A stretch of 64,000 nt of DNA from a virus (Duplodnaviria > Caudoviricetes), in IMG/VR virus record IMGVR_UViG_3300021431_004525; one strand, 5' to 3'. Under the pieces are notes generated by a model. That model made no database searches. It was not told the DNA's origin and saw only the letters and a list, made by a program, of their open reading frames with translations. Position numbers and translations under genes: made by a program. This document shows positions 28,888 to 40,185 of this stretch, one piece after another; the stretch's first letter is position 1; the number at the start of each line of letters is the position of its first letter.

Positions 28888-29268
28888 TTAAATAAAAAAC
28901 TGGGATTTATACCTGTTATACATTCCCATCATGGTTTGCATCTTTGCTCTCAACTCCTTATAATAGTTTGGGTGTTCCGCAAAGAACCTCTCCTTTGTGT
29001 CTTTATACTCACCCCTTACAGTTAACGGCTGATTGCGTTCAATGTTCTTCTGAAGGTCTTTAATGTTAATACCCTCATAGATATAGCCCTTCTGTTCCTT
29101 GAACTGATTAAGAGCGTCAGAAACGGTATACTGCTCACGGATAGGGTACTTGATAGGCAATACATCGGGGTCGAAATCCCACCTATCTTCAATCTTCAAT
29201 ACGACTTGTTCACCTAAACCTCTTTCCACATACTCATTGAGTATTCTGATTTTCTTACTATTTGTCAT
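28888..29268 (-). CDS. hypothetical protein
   Basis: First gene after the promoter at 29287. Confidence 0.7.
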   Translation of the reverse strand: MTNSKKIRILNEYVERGLGEQVVLKIEDRWDFDPDVLPIKYPIREQYTVSDALNQFKEQKGYIYEGINIKDLQKNIERNQPLTVRGEYKDTKERFFAEHPNYYKELRAKMQTMMGMYNRYKSQFFI

Positions 29269-29375
29269 ACTATCTTCAAATTATACTGCAAATGTACTAC
29301 AAAAATCTGAAAAAACAAAGAAAAGAAAGTTAAATTCCATTAATGATTTTTGGTTTAACTTTCTTTTGGCTGGTG

Positions 29376-30326
29376 TTAGGCTGCTTCTTTCTTCTCTGGG
29401 TCAAACTCATTGCAGAGATAATCATACTCCTTGCGAACGTCCGGACCGAATAGAATACGAACCCTATCATTGAAGCATTGTGGAAATTCCGGTGTACCCT
29501 TTGGCAGTGCTAATTCCTCTTTAATCTGCTTTTCAATATCACAATGAATAATATGGTCAATTTCCATACATTTTTCACAATGTTCATCGTATTTGTAATC
29601 CCCTCGTATACTTTCATGTTCACTTTTATATTTGTCAGCAATTTTCTTATGTTTGGCATATTCAGGATATTGTTCATGTTTCTCATACAATTCCCAATAA
29701 CGCAGTTTCCTATATAGTTTCTCGCATAAATTATCATCATGGAGAATATCAACAGACATTACAGAAACCGGTAAAAAAGAGAAACCAAGATTAAGTTCCG
29801 GCTTAAAAAGCCAATTCTCGACCACCTTATCACCATAGCCATGCTCTTTGAATACCGGAAGATGGTGTTCGATAAACCATTTTCTCTGATAATCAAGCAT
29901 TGCGTTAAAATGTGTCGTATAGTCATTGAACTTCTCCGCACCATAGTGCCTAAGACATCTGTATTCATTAATATAGTTGATATCACAACAATCACCGCTA
30001 CGATGAAATAAATCGCCATTAAGGCAATAACACATGACATCATCACCATATTCTTTGAGATAATCGGCAAAATGCTCAATAGTTCCGTCAAAGGCCGGGA
30101 TGGTATATTGCTTTTTGTTGGCAATCTTAATCCATCCTTTGCCACCAACCCATACCTCCTTAACGTCCTCAACCTTTTCCCAACGGGTATAAGGCACAAT
30201 AGGAACTAACTGAAACTTATCATCTGACAATTTCACCTTGATGCACTTAATTTCGCCGGTAGGTAAATTTGTCTTAGGATTACCATCCCAATCCTTACCA
30301 ATGTAAATGAAATTCAGTTTTGCCAT
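29376..30326 (-). CDS. hypothetical protein
   Basis: 316 aa ORF. Confidence 0.75.
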   Translation of the reverse strand: MAKLNFIYIGKDWDGNPKTNLPTGEIKCIKVKLSDDKFQLVPIVPYTRWEKVEDVKEVWVGGKGWIKIANKKQYTIPAFDGTIEHFADYLKEYGDDVMCYCLNGDLFHRSGDCCDINYINEYRCLRHYGAEKFNDYTTHFNAMLDYQRKWFIEHHLPVFKEHGYGDKVVENWLFKPELNLGFSFLPVSVMSVDILHDDNLCEKLYRKLRYWELYEKHEQYPEYAKHKKIADKYKSEHESIRGDYKYDEHCEKCMEIDHIIHCDIEKQIKEELALPKGTPEFPQCFNDRVRILFGPDVRKEYDYLCNEFDPEKKEAA

Positions 30327-30779
30327 TATCTTAGGGAATTATTAATATTAATTGAATCCAATTTATTTTGAATTGAATCGAGAGTAATTGTTAAGGAATC
30401 AATCTTTTCTTCCATACGATTGTCTCTTTCACGGATATCAAAATATGCCGACATAATTTGAAATGCCAATAATGTTGCCATGATTGCAATTAGTCCCCCA
30501 TTGTCTCCTTTACATGTTTCCATATTATTTTAATTTTTTAATAAGTTCATCAAAACTTCCCCAAAATACAGGATTTCCATCCTTGTCATTGATACCAATC
30601 ATATCGGTTTCAGATATATTATCCTCAAATTTACTGCGTAGCAAACCCAACGTATGAAACTCAATGGATGCAACGCTATTTGGAATATGCAGCCGACAAC
30701 CATAAGCATTAACAAATGCCGGTGAAGAACTTAAATGCTGGAATGTTTCAACGTCAAATTTATTAGCCATAACAATAAC

Positions 30780-31037
30780 TTACATATTAGTATAGTCTAT
30801 ACCATACATCATCTTCCAATATTCATCATCACTGATGATATTTGTCTTGTCCTTATGTTTCAAGTAACCGCAACGATTGATACGCACATAACTTACAGCA
30901 GCAAGGCTATTTACATCTGATGCAATGGTAACGGCTTGGTCGTAATCACGGCACTTAATAGCATGATACTCGACCTCTTTGCCCGTAGTTGCAGCGACAA
31001 AATCAGTCGGCCTTATTTGAAAAGTTACATATACCAT
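30780..31037 (-). CDS. hypothetical protein
   Basis: First gene after the promoter at 31062. Confidence 0.65.
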   Translation of the reverse strand: MVYVTFQIRPTDFVAATTGKEVEYHAIKCRDYDQAVTIASDVNSLAAVSYVRINRCGYLKHKDKTNIISDDEYWKMMYGIDYTNM

Positions 31038-31278
31038 AATACTATTTTTTTAATTTGATGGTGCAAAGGTAATGTATTTTTTTGAAACCACCAAATTATT
31101 TGCGTTAATTGATGTTAATGGAGTCAACTTTTTCAGATTTGGTAACAAGTATATGATATGCCTTATCAAAAACTGCATTACCAATTGCTACTGCTTTGTC
31201 GAAATTCATCCATAACAGATAAAGGATGAAAAGACCAATAATTGTTTTTATCAAATCTTTCATAAAAATAAATCTATT

Positions 31279-31554
31279 TCAAGGTACTATATAATCAACT
31301 GAATATTCATAGTATTTTTCCGGACTATAGATATAGTCACGGAGTTCATTCTTTTCTTCTCGTTCCCCATATAAAATAATATCCGCAAATTTCGTCATGT
31401 CTTTACATCTTACAAACTCAATACCGCTTCCACCGCCACCATCAATGATAATCGGATAAACGCCGGATTTTTCCAATTCCATTATTAATTGGGTTATTTT
31501 ATCTGCTTTTCGCTTTTGAAGTTTGGTTAATTTTTTAATATCAATATCTACCAT
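31279..31554 (-). CDS. hypothetical protein
   Basis: ORF track. Confidence 0.6.
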   Translation of the reverse strand: MVDIDIKKLTKLQKRKADKITQLIMELEKSGVYPIIIDGGGGSGIEFVRCKDMTKFADIILYGEREEKNELRDYIYSPEKYYEYSVDYIVP

Positions 31555-31869
31555 ATTCCAAGTCCTTTTAAAATTGCGTATATCACACTGATTATAAGAA
31601 ATAACGCAAAAAGTACAACGAAAATGTTATATAAAATTTCTTTTGCTTTCATATTAATTAATCTTTTCTTTGTTCAAGATACCACAAAATCCATTCAACG
31701 GCTTCCACCTTATAGCACCATCGCTGCTTATATTTAGCCCATGACTTGATTACAGCAAAGTCTGTATCACCATCCTTGAACAGATTTACAACGTGCCATA
31801 AATCCCCATCGTAATAGTGGAACTTAAATCCTACTTTAATTTTTTTCTCTTTCATATTCTTTTACTGCT

Positions 31870-31966
31870 TAGGTCCTGGACCGTTAACAAATAAAAAATT
31901 TTATTAATTAAAAATAAAATTTTTGTTAACTTATGTTAACGTATACTTATGGGACCTAGGTCCTGG
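31870..31966. repeat. palindrome-rich intergenic element
   Basis: Direct repeat TAGGTCCTGG at both ends; GGTCC-T-GGACC and GGACCTAGGTCC palindromes; AT-rich inverted repeat between them. Confidence 0.7.
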
Positions 31967-31967
31967 C

Positions 31968-32192
31968 TCAATAATAAATCAACCTTATTTCGTTCCATTC
32001 TTCATCACATTCAGCCACATGGATAAGTTCTGTATCGACATGGCCTACATCAGCATAATCAACACCCTCGGATGCAAGAAACTTAGCACATTCTAAGGCT
32101 CTTTCATCATTTTCAGACGCAAAGTAGTCCGAATCCGGATAATGTTTCTCACCATCAATAACACATTCGTAATCTGCTCTATAGTTATTCAT
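31968..32192 (-). CDS. acidic hypothetical protein
   Basis: ORF track. Confidence 0.6.
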   Translation of the reverse strand: MNNYRADYECVIDGEKHYPDSDYFASENDERALECAKFLASEGVDYADVGHVDTELIHVAECDEEWNEIRLIYY

Positions 32193-32503
32193 AGGAAACC
32201 GGTCATAAAATGTTCTTTATACTCCTTATACGTTATTTTACCCTTATGGTTTATGAAAGCGTCAATATAGTTCGCATTATCCCTATCATCAGACAAAGCC
32301 AACTCATTGCCACTAAGTGCTTCAAGTCTCAAATCCGGTGGCTCATTGAAGAACTCATCCGGCTCAAAGTCGGAAAAATCTATTTTATCTTTAATGATTT
32401 CAGCAGCCAAGTTCTTCCGTGCGTCATCAAAATTTTGTTCCGCTTCAATTATTTTCCTAATTAACCTCTCATATTTGTCCATAAACTCATTTTTAAGACT
32501 CAC
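32189..32503 (-). CDS. hypothetical protein
   Basis: ORF track. Confidence 0.6.
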   Translation of the reverse strand: MSLKNEFMDKYERLIRKIIEAEQNFDDARKNLAAEIIKDKIDFSDFEPDEFFNEPPDLRLEALSGNELALSDDRDNANYIDAFINHKGKITYKEYKEHFMTGFL

Positions 32504-32755
32504 AGAGCCGTTTTATATATTCAGATGATAAACTATACGTTTTAGAAATTTTAACGTCTTAGAAACGATTTTTTCTGTTTATAGTGCAAAGTTAGGAAAA
32601 ATAAACGATAATACCAAAATATTTTAGTTAAAGTAAGTTAAATTCAAGAAAAAGGTGGTACTTAATGGTACCGTCCAACTCTTATCTTCTAATAGTTTAA
32701 GGGTCAAAGAGATAAATTATTAGAATGCCGTAAAAGTCTGCGAAACCGGCCAAGC

Positions 32756-32872
32756 CTACACGCGAAGGAACGCCCGGACATAGTAGTTGTAGTTCTTACG
32801 GTTGGCATCCACACTACCACCGTTCGTATACACGCGGTATGCGTGGCTACTATCATACTCAGAACTCGACCA
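32756..32872 (-). repeat. putative DGR variable region VR1
   Basis: Versus VR2: 23 differences at codon positions 1-2 and only 2 at position 3 over 23 codons. Confidence 0.8.
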
Positions 32873-33772
32873 AAGCCAGCGATACAACAGAGTAGCACCC
32901 TTCAACATTATAAGCGAAAGATTAATCTGTGTAGTATTTTCAAACATCTTCTCCAATTCACCTATCGCCCCTACATACCAATCTCCGGACTTCGTTCCTT
33001 TGGTTTTATATTTAGAAATCCACTTGAACATTGGGTAATTTGTAGGTTTATATTCCTTCGATTTAAGAACATTTTCAGTTAATTCCTTGCCGTTTAAGGA
33101 TTTTTCATAAGTTTCATAAGAAACTGCATTGTTAATAAGAGGACGCATACTATGTTCAAGTGTACACCACTTTTTTTCGACTTCATCTCTTGAAACGACA
33201 ACCGGTTTTCCATCCTCATTGAAAAATCCGACAACACCGATTATATTACCATCTTTTTCCGGAGTATAGTCTGACCGATGAATACACGTCTTGTTTCCAT
33301 TATCATCGGTCATACAAAAATCACCAATGGACACCTTATCTCCTTCAATATTCTGTGGGTATGCGTCAGCAATTGTTTCCATAATAATATCAATGGATTT
33401 TGCCTTAACCGGCTCTTTAATCACCTTATCGGTGATAAACATTTTTCTTGCACAAATCTGGCTTAATTCATCATTGACAAAAAATTCTGTTCCGGAAGGA
33501 ATAACTGCTTCAAATACAATATCTTTATTGCTTAAGCCTCCATGTTCATCCTCTGCATACAGCAAAGCATGGATAAATCCACCTCTTACTGAATTACGTC
33601 TGTTATTATTATATTCAATGCTTAAATCGTCAGCAACCATTTCCTTATTTAATTCTACATTAGTACGCTGATACGGAGTTGAATAAGTTCCATTTGGATT
33701 CTTCGTTAATACTTTATAGCAAATAATATCCTCTTTTGTTATAAGTTTTTTAATTCCGGTTGATAGACACAT
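32756..33772 (-). CDS. putative DGR target protein 1 (C-terminal C-type-lectin-like/DUF1566-like fold)
   Basis: WY.G.IGEL...WSSSEY....AY.V...G.........VRAF; paralog of 56956..57969. Confidence 0.8.
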   Translation of the reverse strand: MCLSTGIKKLITKEDIICYKVLTKNPNGTYSTPYQRTNVELNKEMVADDLSIEYNNNRRNSVRGGFIHALLYAEDEHGGLSNKDIVFEAVIPSGTEFFVNDELSQICARKMFITDKVIKEPVKAKSIDIIMETIADAYPQNIEGDKVSIGDFCMTDDNGNKTCIHRSDYTPEKDGNIIGVVGFFNEDGKPVVVSRDEVEKKWCTLEHSMRPLINNAVSYETYEKSLNGKELTENVLKSKEYKPTNYPMFKWISKYKTKGTKSGDWYVGAIGELEKMFENTTQINLSLIMLKGATLLYRWLWSSSEYDSSHAYRVYTNGGSVDANRKNYNYYVRAFLRV

Positions 33773-33801
33773 ATTTTTTTGTTATTTTAATGTTTTTACA
33801 T

Positions 33802-33836
33802 TGCAAAAGTACAAAATAAATTTGAAATAACCAAAT
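33802..33836 (-). promoter_or_regulatory. promoter of DGR target 1
   Basis: TTTGG...TACTTTTGCA. Confidence 0.7.
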
Positions 33837-34360
33837 ATTTTTTAATTAAGTAATATTAAATGGTTTTACTTTTTACTATTGTAAGACCGCCTTGTTTTTC
33901 TTTCGTTTCAAACTTAGCAAGTTCGGCAAAATAATTTTCCTTCTGTTCTATATTAAAAGCGTTATCCCTATCTTTTTCAGTGGCAAATAGTCTAACTTTT
34001 GGTATCTCATACCATTCTATTGCATCATCATACCACCCATCACGTTTTTTAGTGATGATTGCATATCCATATATCATAGTGCTTAATTATTGATATTAAT
34101 TATTTTCCACTTTAGTCCAGACAAACATTGTATCAGAGCCATCACCATAATTTGCCCCATCAGCACAGAAGAAAAACTCATTAGGCTGCGTAAGGTCTAC
34201 CTTATGGAAATGGTAAGCACAAGCACCGATAGTGTCCTCTTTGGTGAAAAACTCTACTGCCCGGTCATAAGACATCTTACCAATCTCCTCAAGGTCGTAA
34301 TAGTAAGACGGATTTACGCTTGCTGAAAAAATGGTTACTTTCATATTAATTAATTTTTAA

Positions 34361-34708
34361 TTATTTCTTAAAATCAAATCTCCAATAAGGAAAACCATTT
34401 GAAGTATTCTCATAACGTAAAATACGTACAAGAGTTAAGTTCTCATTATCAAGCATTATACGTAAGAATTTCTCAACATCTTCCGGATGGCGGTCTGAAT
34501 AGAACGCTTGGCCTTGATTGCCCCATATCTTCTGACACGTCTCATTATACTTCTTGCTATCCCATCCATAAAGCCGGTCAGAATATACAGATTCGCTTGC
34601 CTTTTCATTATTACCAAAGCCATATTGAATAATACCGCCATCATATCTGGCGAAATCATAACCAATCATAACGCCATTGCCATCGAAATAAATTACTTCT
34701 TCAATCAT
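34361..34708 (-). CDS. hypothetical protein
   Basis: VYSDRL...N.SNGFPYW.F; after the promoter at 34731. Confidence 0.7.
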   Translation of the reverse strand: MIEEVIYFDGNGVMIGYDFARYDGGIIQYGFGNNEKASESVYSDRLYGWDSKKYNETCQKIWGNQGQAFYSDRHPEDVEKFLRIMLDNENLTLVRILRYENTSNGFPYWRFDFKK

Positions 34709-34804
34709 ATATTACTTTTTAATTTGACACTGCAAAGGTATAAAGAAAAAACGGAATATCCAAACATTTTTAGTTAATAAATCTGAACATTCCGTTAATT
34801 GTTG

Positions 34805-35308
34805 TTAATCATCGTCATCCATTACCTTCATCTTCTTCTTTTTCCTACTCTCTTTATAGATTTTCTTCTGTTCTTTCTTCACCTCTTTCCAATATTGTTC
34901 CTCTTTCTTAGTACCTACATAATCAGTGGTATAGGTGGTTGTTACCTCACCATTCTCATTATAAGATGTGGTATAGGTGGTATGATAGACCGGTTTCCTT
35001 GTATCGGCATGGGTATTAAGGTAACTCTTTACAAGATACACTTCATCACTACGTCCGCCACCGGATGAATTTTTGAAACCGGTATCAGTGTTCTGTTCGG
35101 TCCGTCTTGATTGGTCGTTAAGATAGACACTATTCTCCCTCATAAAGTTACGATAGTGTGAAGGACGATAGACACTCTTATCTGAATAGGTACGAGAGAA
35201 ATCCGGCTTATAGCCATAAGGTCTGTTAGGAACATAATAGGTCGTTCCGCAACTTGTAAGCAAAAGCACACTTACCAAACAAATCAAAAACAAAACACTC
35301 TTTTTCAT
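34805..35308 (-). CDS. putative lipoprotein
   Basis: MKKSVLFLICLVSVLLLTSC lipobox; start placed downstream of the promoter at 35379. Confidence 0.65.
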   Translation of the reverse strand: MKKSVLFLICLVSVLLLTSCGTTYYVPNRPYGYKPDFSRTYSDKSVYRPSHYRNFMRENSVYLNDQSRRTEQNTDTGFKNSSGGGRSDEVYLVKSYLNTHADTRKPVYHTTYTTSYNENGEVTTTYTTDYVGTKKEEQYWKEVKKEQKKIYKESRKKKKMKVMDDDD

Positions 35309-35452
35309 ATTATTTAATTTTACAATAATCTTCCAACTTATTACTCTTATTATTATATATACTTCTTTAATTTGACGATGCAAAGTTAGCGAAAAAAACG
35401 CAGACCACCAAACAATTTTAGTTAATCTGCGCTAAAGAACTGTTAATGTGTG

Positions 35453-36211
35453 TTAATCACTTTCAAACTTCTCAATAAGTTGCCTTAGAATAGGTAATAC
35501 CTTATCACGATACTTTTCTTTCTGTCCGGATAATATCATATCAATATTCTGTATATCCGCATCTTTGAGGGAACTGAACGAATCAGATAGGCTGGTTAAA
35601 ATCTCAATCCCACTATTAACATCGGCAATAAGTTGTGTGGAAACAAGTGAATTAATTTGAGAAACAGCCTCCTCTGCATTACTGAAACTTAAACTAATCC
35701 AAGAATTTTGAATATCCCTTACAATACGTCCGGAAGTAGAATATTTATTCTTTTCTCCATCTGTACGATAATCCATCTCAAAAGAAATGCACACCATTTC
35801 ATCACCCATTGAATTATTAAGACGATAGGTTGAATAATTACTATTCCAATTCATCTTCATTCCTATCACATTGGTAAGATACCAGTGGATTTTTCTTTCC
35901 TCATTATAATAAGGCAGTGTCATTGGGTCATAACATATTGATGGAAATGCAAGTGTTTTATTATACTCCGTTACATCTGTAATAAGTTGGTCTGCATCTG
36001 TATAAGTCTTATCATTGAAGATAACGCTTTTCTTCATTGTCGGCTTTGCCGTCACAGAGAAGAAATAATCAAGGCCGCCACCTTCAGGGGAAATATATAC
36101 ATCATATAAGTTTGCGACCTTTTCCTCGGCAAAATCATTACGCTTGCACACATAATAGTCGGTATTGAGTGTGCGTAGTAACGTATTAGATGATTTAAAT
36201 AACTTGTTCAT
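35453..36211 (-). CDS. hypothetical protein
   Basis: 252 aa ORF. Confidence 0.7.
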   Translation of the reverse strand: MNKLFKSSNTLLRTLNTDYYVCKRNDFAEEKVANLYDVYISPEGGGLDYFFSVTAKPTMKKSVIFNDKTYTDADQLITDVTEYNKTLAFPSICYDPMTLPYYNEERKIHWYLTNVIGMKMNWNSNYSTYRLNNSMGDEMVCISFEMDYRTDGEKNKYSTSGRIVRDIQNSWISLSFSNAEEAVSQINSLVSTQLIADVNSGIEILTSLSDSFSSLKDADIQNIDMILSGQKEKYRDKVLPILRQLIEKFESD

Positions 36212-36216
36212 ATTAA

Positions 36217-36933
36217 TTAATCTTTAAGTGCTTCCGGATTTGTGAGTTTATCATCAATCCTATCAAACATAGTTCTGTATTCCTCGTCTTGTTTCATCCA
36301 AACCTTAATACCATTCATAATAACCTTCAAGATATGTTTATCTGTACCGAACTTGCCGACACCAGCAAGATATGTACGCATATCCTCGTCATTAAGCAAA
36401 TCCCATGGGCCACAAGTAGGATAGTTCATACAGAACTTATCTTCACCATTTCTGCATTCGTAGTCAATTGAGAAATAGTAAGGACGCTTGACAAGTGGCT
36501 TACCATCTTCATCGTAACCCTTAACATAACAGATACGCATCCACCTACCCATGTGTCCGACTTCCCATCCCTTACCTAAGTAATCCTCGATAATGCCGGA
36601 AATGTAATTCCTTGTACTTGTCTCAATCCCCTTAACCTTATCAATAAGGCTTGTACGTTTCGCCAATAGGTCTGCCTTATACTTCTCGCCCTCCGGTGTC
36701 TTGAAATATTCCTCCCTTTTCAGTTCTTTCTTTGCAGAAGCGATGGCATTCTTCACACAAGTAATGTCATGCTCCAATACAGGAGTCTTTGACTTCCGTA
36801 CATTGTAGTCAAACACACTGCCATTCAGATACTCGTCAGTCAGTTCAACAACCTTATCGGTCTCACCTTTAAGAGTATAATACTCATTCTTTAACTCGAT
36901 GTACTTCTTGTAAAGTTCTGCTTTCTTTGTCAT
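36217..36933 (-). CDS. hypothetical protein
   Basis: 238 aa; after the promoter at 36964. Confidence 0.7.
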   Translation of the reverse strand: MTKKAELYKKYIELKNEYYTLKGETDKVVELTDEYLNGSVFDYNVRKSKTPVLEHDITCVKNAIASAKKELKREEYFKTPEGEKYKADLLAKRTSLIDKVKGIETSTRNYISGIIEDYLGKGWEVGHMGRWMRICYVKGYDEDGKPLVKRPYYFSIDYECRNGEDKFCMNYPTCGPWDLLNDEDMRTYLAGVGKFGTDKHILKVIMNGIKVWMKQDEEYRTMFDRIDDKLTNPEALKD

Positions 36934-37055
36934 AACTCAATCTGTTTTATTTGTTTAACGTGGTGCAAAGGTACAAAGGATATTTCAATCTACCAAACAA
37001 TTTTACTTAATAAATGTGAAACAAGTGTTAAAAGATTAAAAACGCATAAATCTCG

Positions 37056-37448
37056 TTAAACGTCATATTTCTCAATTTCTTTTTTCTGTTTCTTAATAAG
37101 TTCCTTGCAACTATCAATCTTCATCAAGGCAATACCGATTTCGGCTTGATTATCCTTAATTTTATCCAGAAGAATATTATATATTTTCCTCTTTGCATCA
37201 ATTTCAGTCGTGAACACATTATAATGCGTCTTTTGTGCATCACGGGACACATAATCAATCTTGAATTCACCCTCTTCCTCCGGAGAATTGGGTACTTTCT
37301 CTGCAATTGTAATTGTCACAGAATTATCAGATGGATATTCCACCTTACTGGCATGCCCTTCAAAAATTGATGGTATATCGCCATATTCAATGATATACAG
37401 AACATCACCCACTTTAACATCACCAAATGTCTTATACTCTCTTTCCAT
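37056..37448 (-). CDS. hypothetical protein
   Basis: KTFGDVKVGD start. Confidence 0.65.
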   Translation of the reverse strand: MEREYKTFGDVKVGDVLYIIEYGDIPSIFEGHASKVEYPSDNSVTITIAEKVPNSPEEEGEFKIDYVSRDAQKTHYNVFTTEIDAKRKIYNILLDKIKDNQAEIGIALMKIDSCKELIKKQKKEIEKYDV

Positions 37449-37644
37449 AAACTATCTTTGTCTGAAGTTAAATAAACAATGTAAAGTAAAATTATAACTA
37501 TCTTCTTCAAGCATAGAAGTTAATTCCTCTGTAATATCCTTTTCCGGAATAAATTGAAGAATATAACTTTTTAATTCTTCAGCGATTTCTTTTGGACGTA
37601 ACCTTAAATCCTTTGCTACGATGCGTTTGTACTCTCTTTCCATA

Positions 37645-37923
37645 TTACTCCCAAGTTACTTTCTTTTCCAAATATCCTTTACCTTTGCATCGTGGACAAG
37701 TATGATGTTCATAATATCCACCCATTGGACCATCCCAATGTTCATAAGGTTCTATCCATTTGCCCCTCCAACCACCTTCTCCGCCACATTCTGGACATAC
37801 AATACGTGTACCATCTAAGATTTTCTCATGGTGCTTACAATCTTCCAAAGATGTAAATTCTTGTCCATCCTTTGCTACATATACTTTGTAGTCAACGGTT
37901 TTCTGTCTTGTTACTTCTTTCAT
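37645..37923 (-). CDS. DnaJ-type zinc-finger protein
   Basis: CPECGGEG and CPRCKGKG. Confidence 0.7.
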   Translation of the reverse strand: MKEVTRQKTVDYKVYVAKDGQEFTSLEDCKHHEKILDGTRIVCPECGGEGGWRGKWIEPYEHWDGPMGGYYEHHTCPRCKGKGYLEKKVTWE

Positions 37924-38240
37924 ATTTATTTTTTAATTCTTCTATTTCATCATGCAATGCTTCAATGTTATCATTATTGAAAGCAACTCTGTTACTGATT
38001 ATAAATGTTCCGATATATAGAACTCCAACAGATACAGCAACAGCCCAATCACCCCATTTATACGCAAAATTACCAAACATTATACCGAGCAGAAAGATAA
38101 ACATTTTATCCCACGTAAAAACCTTTGGCTTAAATTCTTGATACTTCTTCATATTCTTATATTTTATTTCTGACTGCAAAGGTAATAAAAAAAGTCGAGA
38201 ATACCAAATGTTTTCCCGACTTTAACATTAGTTTAACAGT

Positions 38241-38738
38241 TTAAGGACGATATTTCTTGAATATATCACTGATTAACTTTTCATGACCAAATGCCCACCG
38301 ATAACCCTTGATGTCTTGTACCTTGATGAACTTAATCATTCCAACCTCTTTGCCCTCATTACCGGCATGGGAGAATTTGAAATCCTCTGCTTTCTTATCC
38401 TTGATAAATGCACAGAAACGGAAGGTAACATTCTGTCTGTTTTCCTTTGGACTATCATTGTAGCCGACAAACTGCAAATCACTCTCTTTAAGTGATACAC
38501 CGGTTTCCTCCTTTAATTCTTTACAAGCATTTTCTGCTGCGGTGACATTGAACTCAAGGTAGCCACAAGGACAATTCCAGTAACCCTGATAGTCTGCCGC
38601 TTCCTCTCCACGTTCAGACCCTAAAACACACCAATCGTTTTCTTTGTCTTTAGCAAAAACAAATACTGCCGTTGCCATAGACCTACTAAACCACCCAAGA
38701 AATTTCCCATTCTTGTCATAACATTCTTGATTCTGCAT
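38241..38738 (-). CDS. NUDIX hydrolase
   Basis: WNCPCGYLE..........KELKEETG Nudix box; WAFGH. Confidence 0.88.
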   Translation of the reverse strand: MQNQECYDKNGKFLGWFSRSMATAVFVFAKDKENDWCVLGSERGEEAADYQGYWNCPCGYLEFNVTAAENACKELKEETGVSLKESDLQFVGYNDSPKENRQNVTFRFCAFIKDKKAEDFKFSHAGNEGKEVGMIKFIKVQDIKGYRWAFGHEKLISDIFKKYRP

Positions 38739-40056
38739 ATTCTAATTCTAAAATTTTATGTTTTAATTCATCTAAATTTTTGTATATTTTTTCACCAAAT
38801 AAAGTCTCTGGTGCAATAAATCTATCATCTTCTGCATAATAGAAAAGTTTTTTAATGTTTTCTTTGCATAAATTGTATTTTCGTAAATCTCTTTCTCGAT
38901 TTGTTTTTAATCCTTTTTCGCCACCATAAACATCAAGTGCTTTAAAGTGTTGTATTCCTTGACATTCAATAGCAACATCTAAATCCTTGATATAATAATC
39001 AAGATGTTGTAAACCTAACCATTTAGCATGATACCCATTTTTATATTTAATACCACATTCATCAAGTAATTTGCCAATTTTCAGTTCCAATTTGGATTTT
39101 CTACAATTAGGACAACTTTCACCGGCAAGATGTTTATTTGGTGACATCCAAAACTCGCCATGCTCCGGACAAATGATACAAACTTTATTTATGGCTTTTG
39201 TATAAACGACTTTTGAGTAATCATATTTGTCACCATGAATTTGTCTAAATTCTTTTATTACACTTTCGGTTGTTTTATATTTTCCTGCACAAGATGGGCA
39301 ACCTTTACCTCTTAAATGATTATTCGGTGTAACACAAAACTCGCCATGCTCCGGACAAATGATACAAACTTTCTTGTTTGATTTTTCATAAATCACCTTG
39401 GAATAGTCATACTTATTACCCCATATCTGTTTTGCCTTCTCAATAAACTCTTCAGTGTTGGACGTTAGTGCTGCGTGTTGACATCCTTTGCATCCTTGTC
39501 CTCGTACATGATTACTAGGGGTTTGCCAAAACTCACCGTGTTCCGGACAAATAATTCGCATTTTAGTAACCATATTAGTAAACGTATTTTCGTCATACTG
39601 ATATTTGTCACCATGAACTTTTCTTGCCCTTTCTATAAATTCAGTATATTGTATTTGATAACGTTCCTTATCATTCTTTTCTTTATTATTTTTTAGAAAA
39701 TTGCAAGGCTTTATGCTAAATTCGCCATATTTAGGACAGATTATAATAACCGGAATTTTCTCATTTATATACTCTACTTTGGAATAATCATACCTATCCC
39801 CATGTAAATTTTTAGCCTTACGAATAAACTCTTGTTTTAATTTTTCTCTCTGTTTCTCTTTGGTACATTCCGGACATTCTTGTCCTCCAAGTAAATGTGT
39901 CGCGGAAACTTCCCATATTAAATTATGTTTCTTACAGATTATTTTGACTTTTTCTTTCGGACTTTTGTATTCGACTAATGAATAATCATATCTATCTCCG
40001 TACTTTTCTTTTAATTTGTTAATAAATCTTTCTTGTAAATCCATTATTTTATTCAT
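38716..40056 (-). CDS. free-standing homing endonuclease (DUF723-like Zn repeats + C-terminal PD-(D/E)XK-like domain)
   Basis: Repeated YDYSKVxY...IICPEHGEF..TP..HL.G..CP.C; HLDYY...AIECQGIQH. Confidence 0.82.
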   Translation of the reverse strand: MNKIMDLQERFINKLKEKYGDRYDYSLVEYKSPKEKVKIICKKHNLIWEVSATHLLGGQECPECTKEKQREKLKQEFIRKAKNLHGDRYDYSKVEYINEKIPVIIICPKYGEFSIKPCNFLKNNKEKNDKERYQIQYTEFIERARKVHGDKYQYDENTFTNMVTKMRIICPEHGEFWQTPSNHVRGQGCKGCQHAALTSNTEEFIEKAKQIWGNKYDYSKVIYEKSNKKVCIICPEHGEFCVTPNNHLRGKGCPSCAGKYKTTESVIKEFRQIHGDKYDYSKVVYTKAINKVCIICPEHGEFWMSPNKHLAGESCPNCRKSKLELKIGKLLDECGIKYKNGYHAKWLGLQHLDYYIKDLDVAIECQGIQHFKALDVYGGEKGLKTNRERDLRKYNLCKENIKKLFYYAEDDRFIAPETLFGEKIYKNLDELKHKILELEYAESRML

Positions 40057-40136
40057 TTATATAAATAAATATAATGAACTCTCGCAAAAAAGCAACTTTT
40101 ATTGTTTAATAAAAATCTTTAATTATTTTTTTTTAA

Positions 40137-40185
40137 TCATCCGAGGAATTTTTCCGGACTTATCATAACACTCTTGATTTTTCAC
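40137..40185 (-). pseudogene. relic original 5' end of the NUDIX gene
   Basis: Reads (V)KNQECYDKSGK(+1 A)FLG* versus live MQNQECYDKNGKFLGW. Confidence 0.8.

Noticed and set aside
29231-29243. Fifth copy of the palindrome (TACTCATTGAGTA)
   Set aside because: Shorter and has an indel; may be chance.
32852-32862. Orphan omegaRNA guide targeting the DGR VR flank (TCAT+ACTCAG)
   Set aside because: Only a 6-nt seed match, expected by chance.
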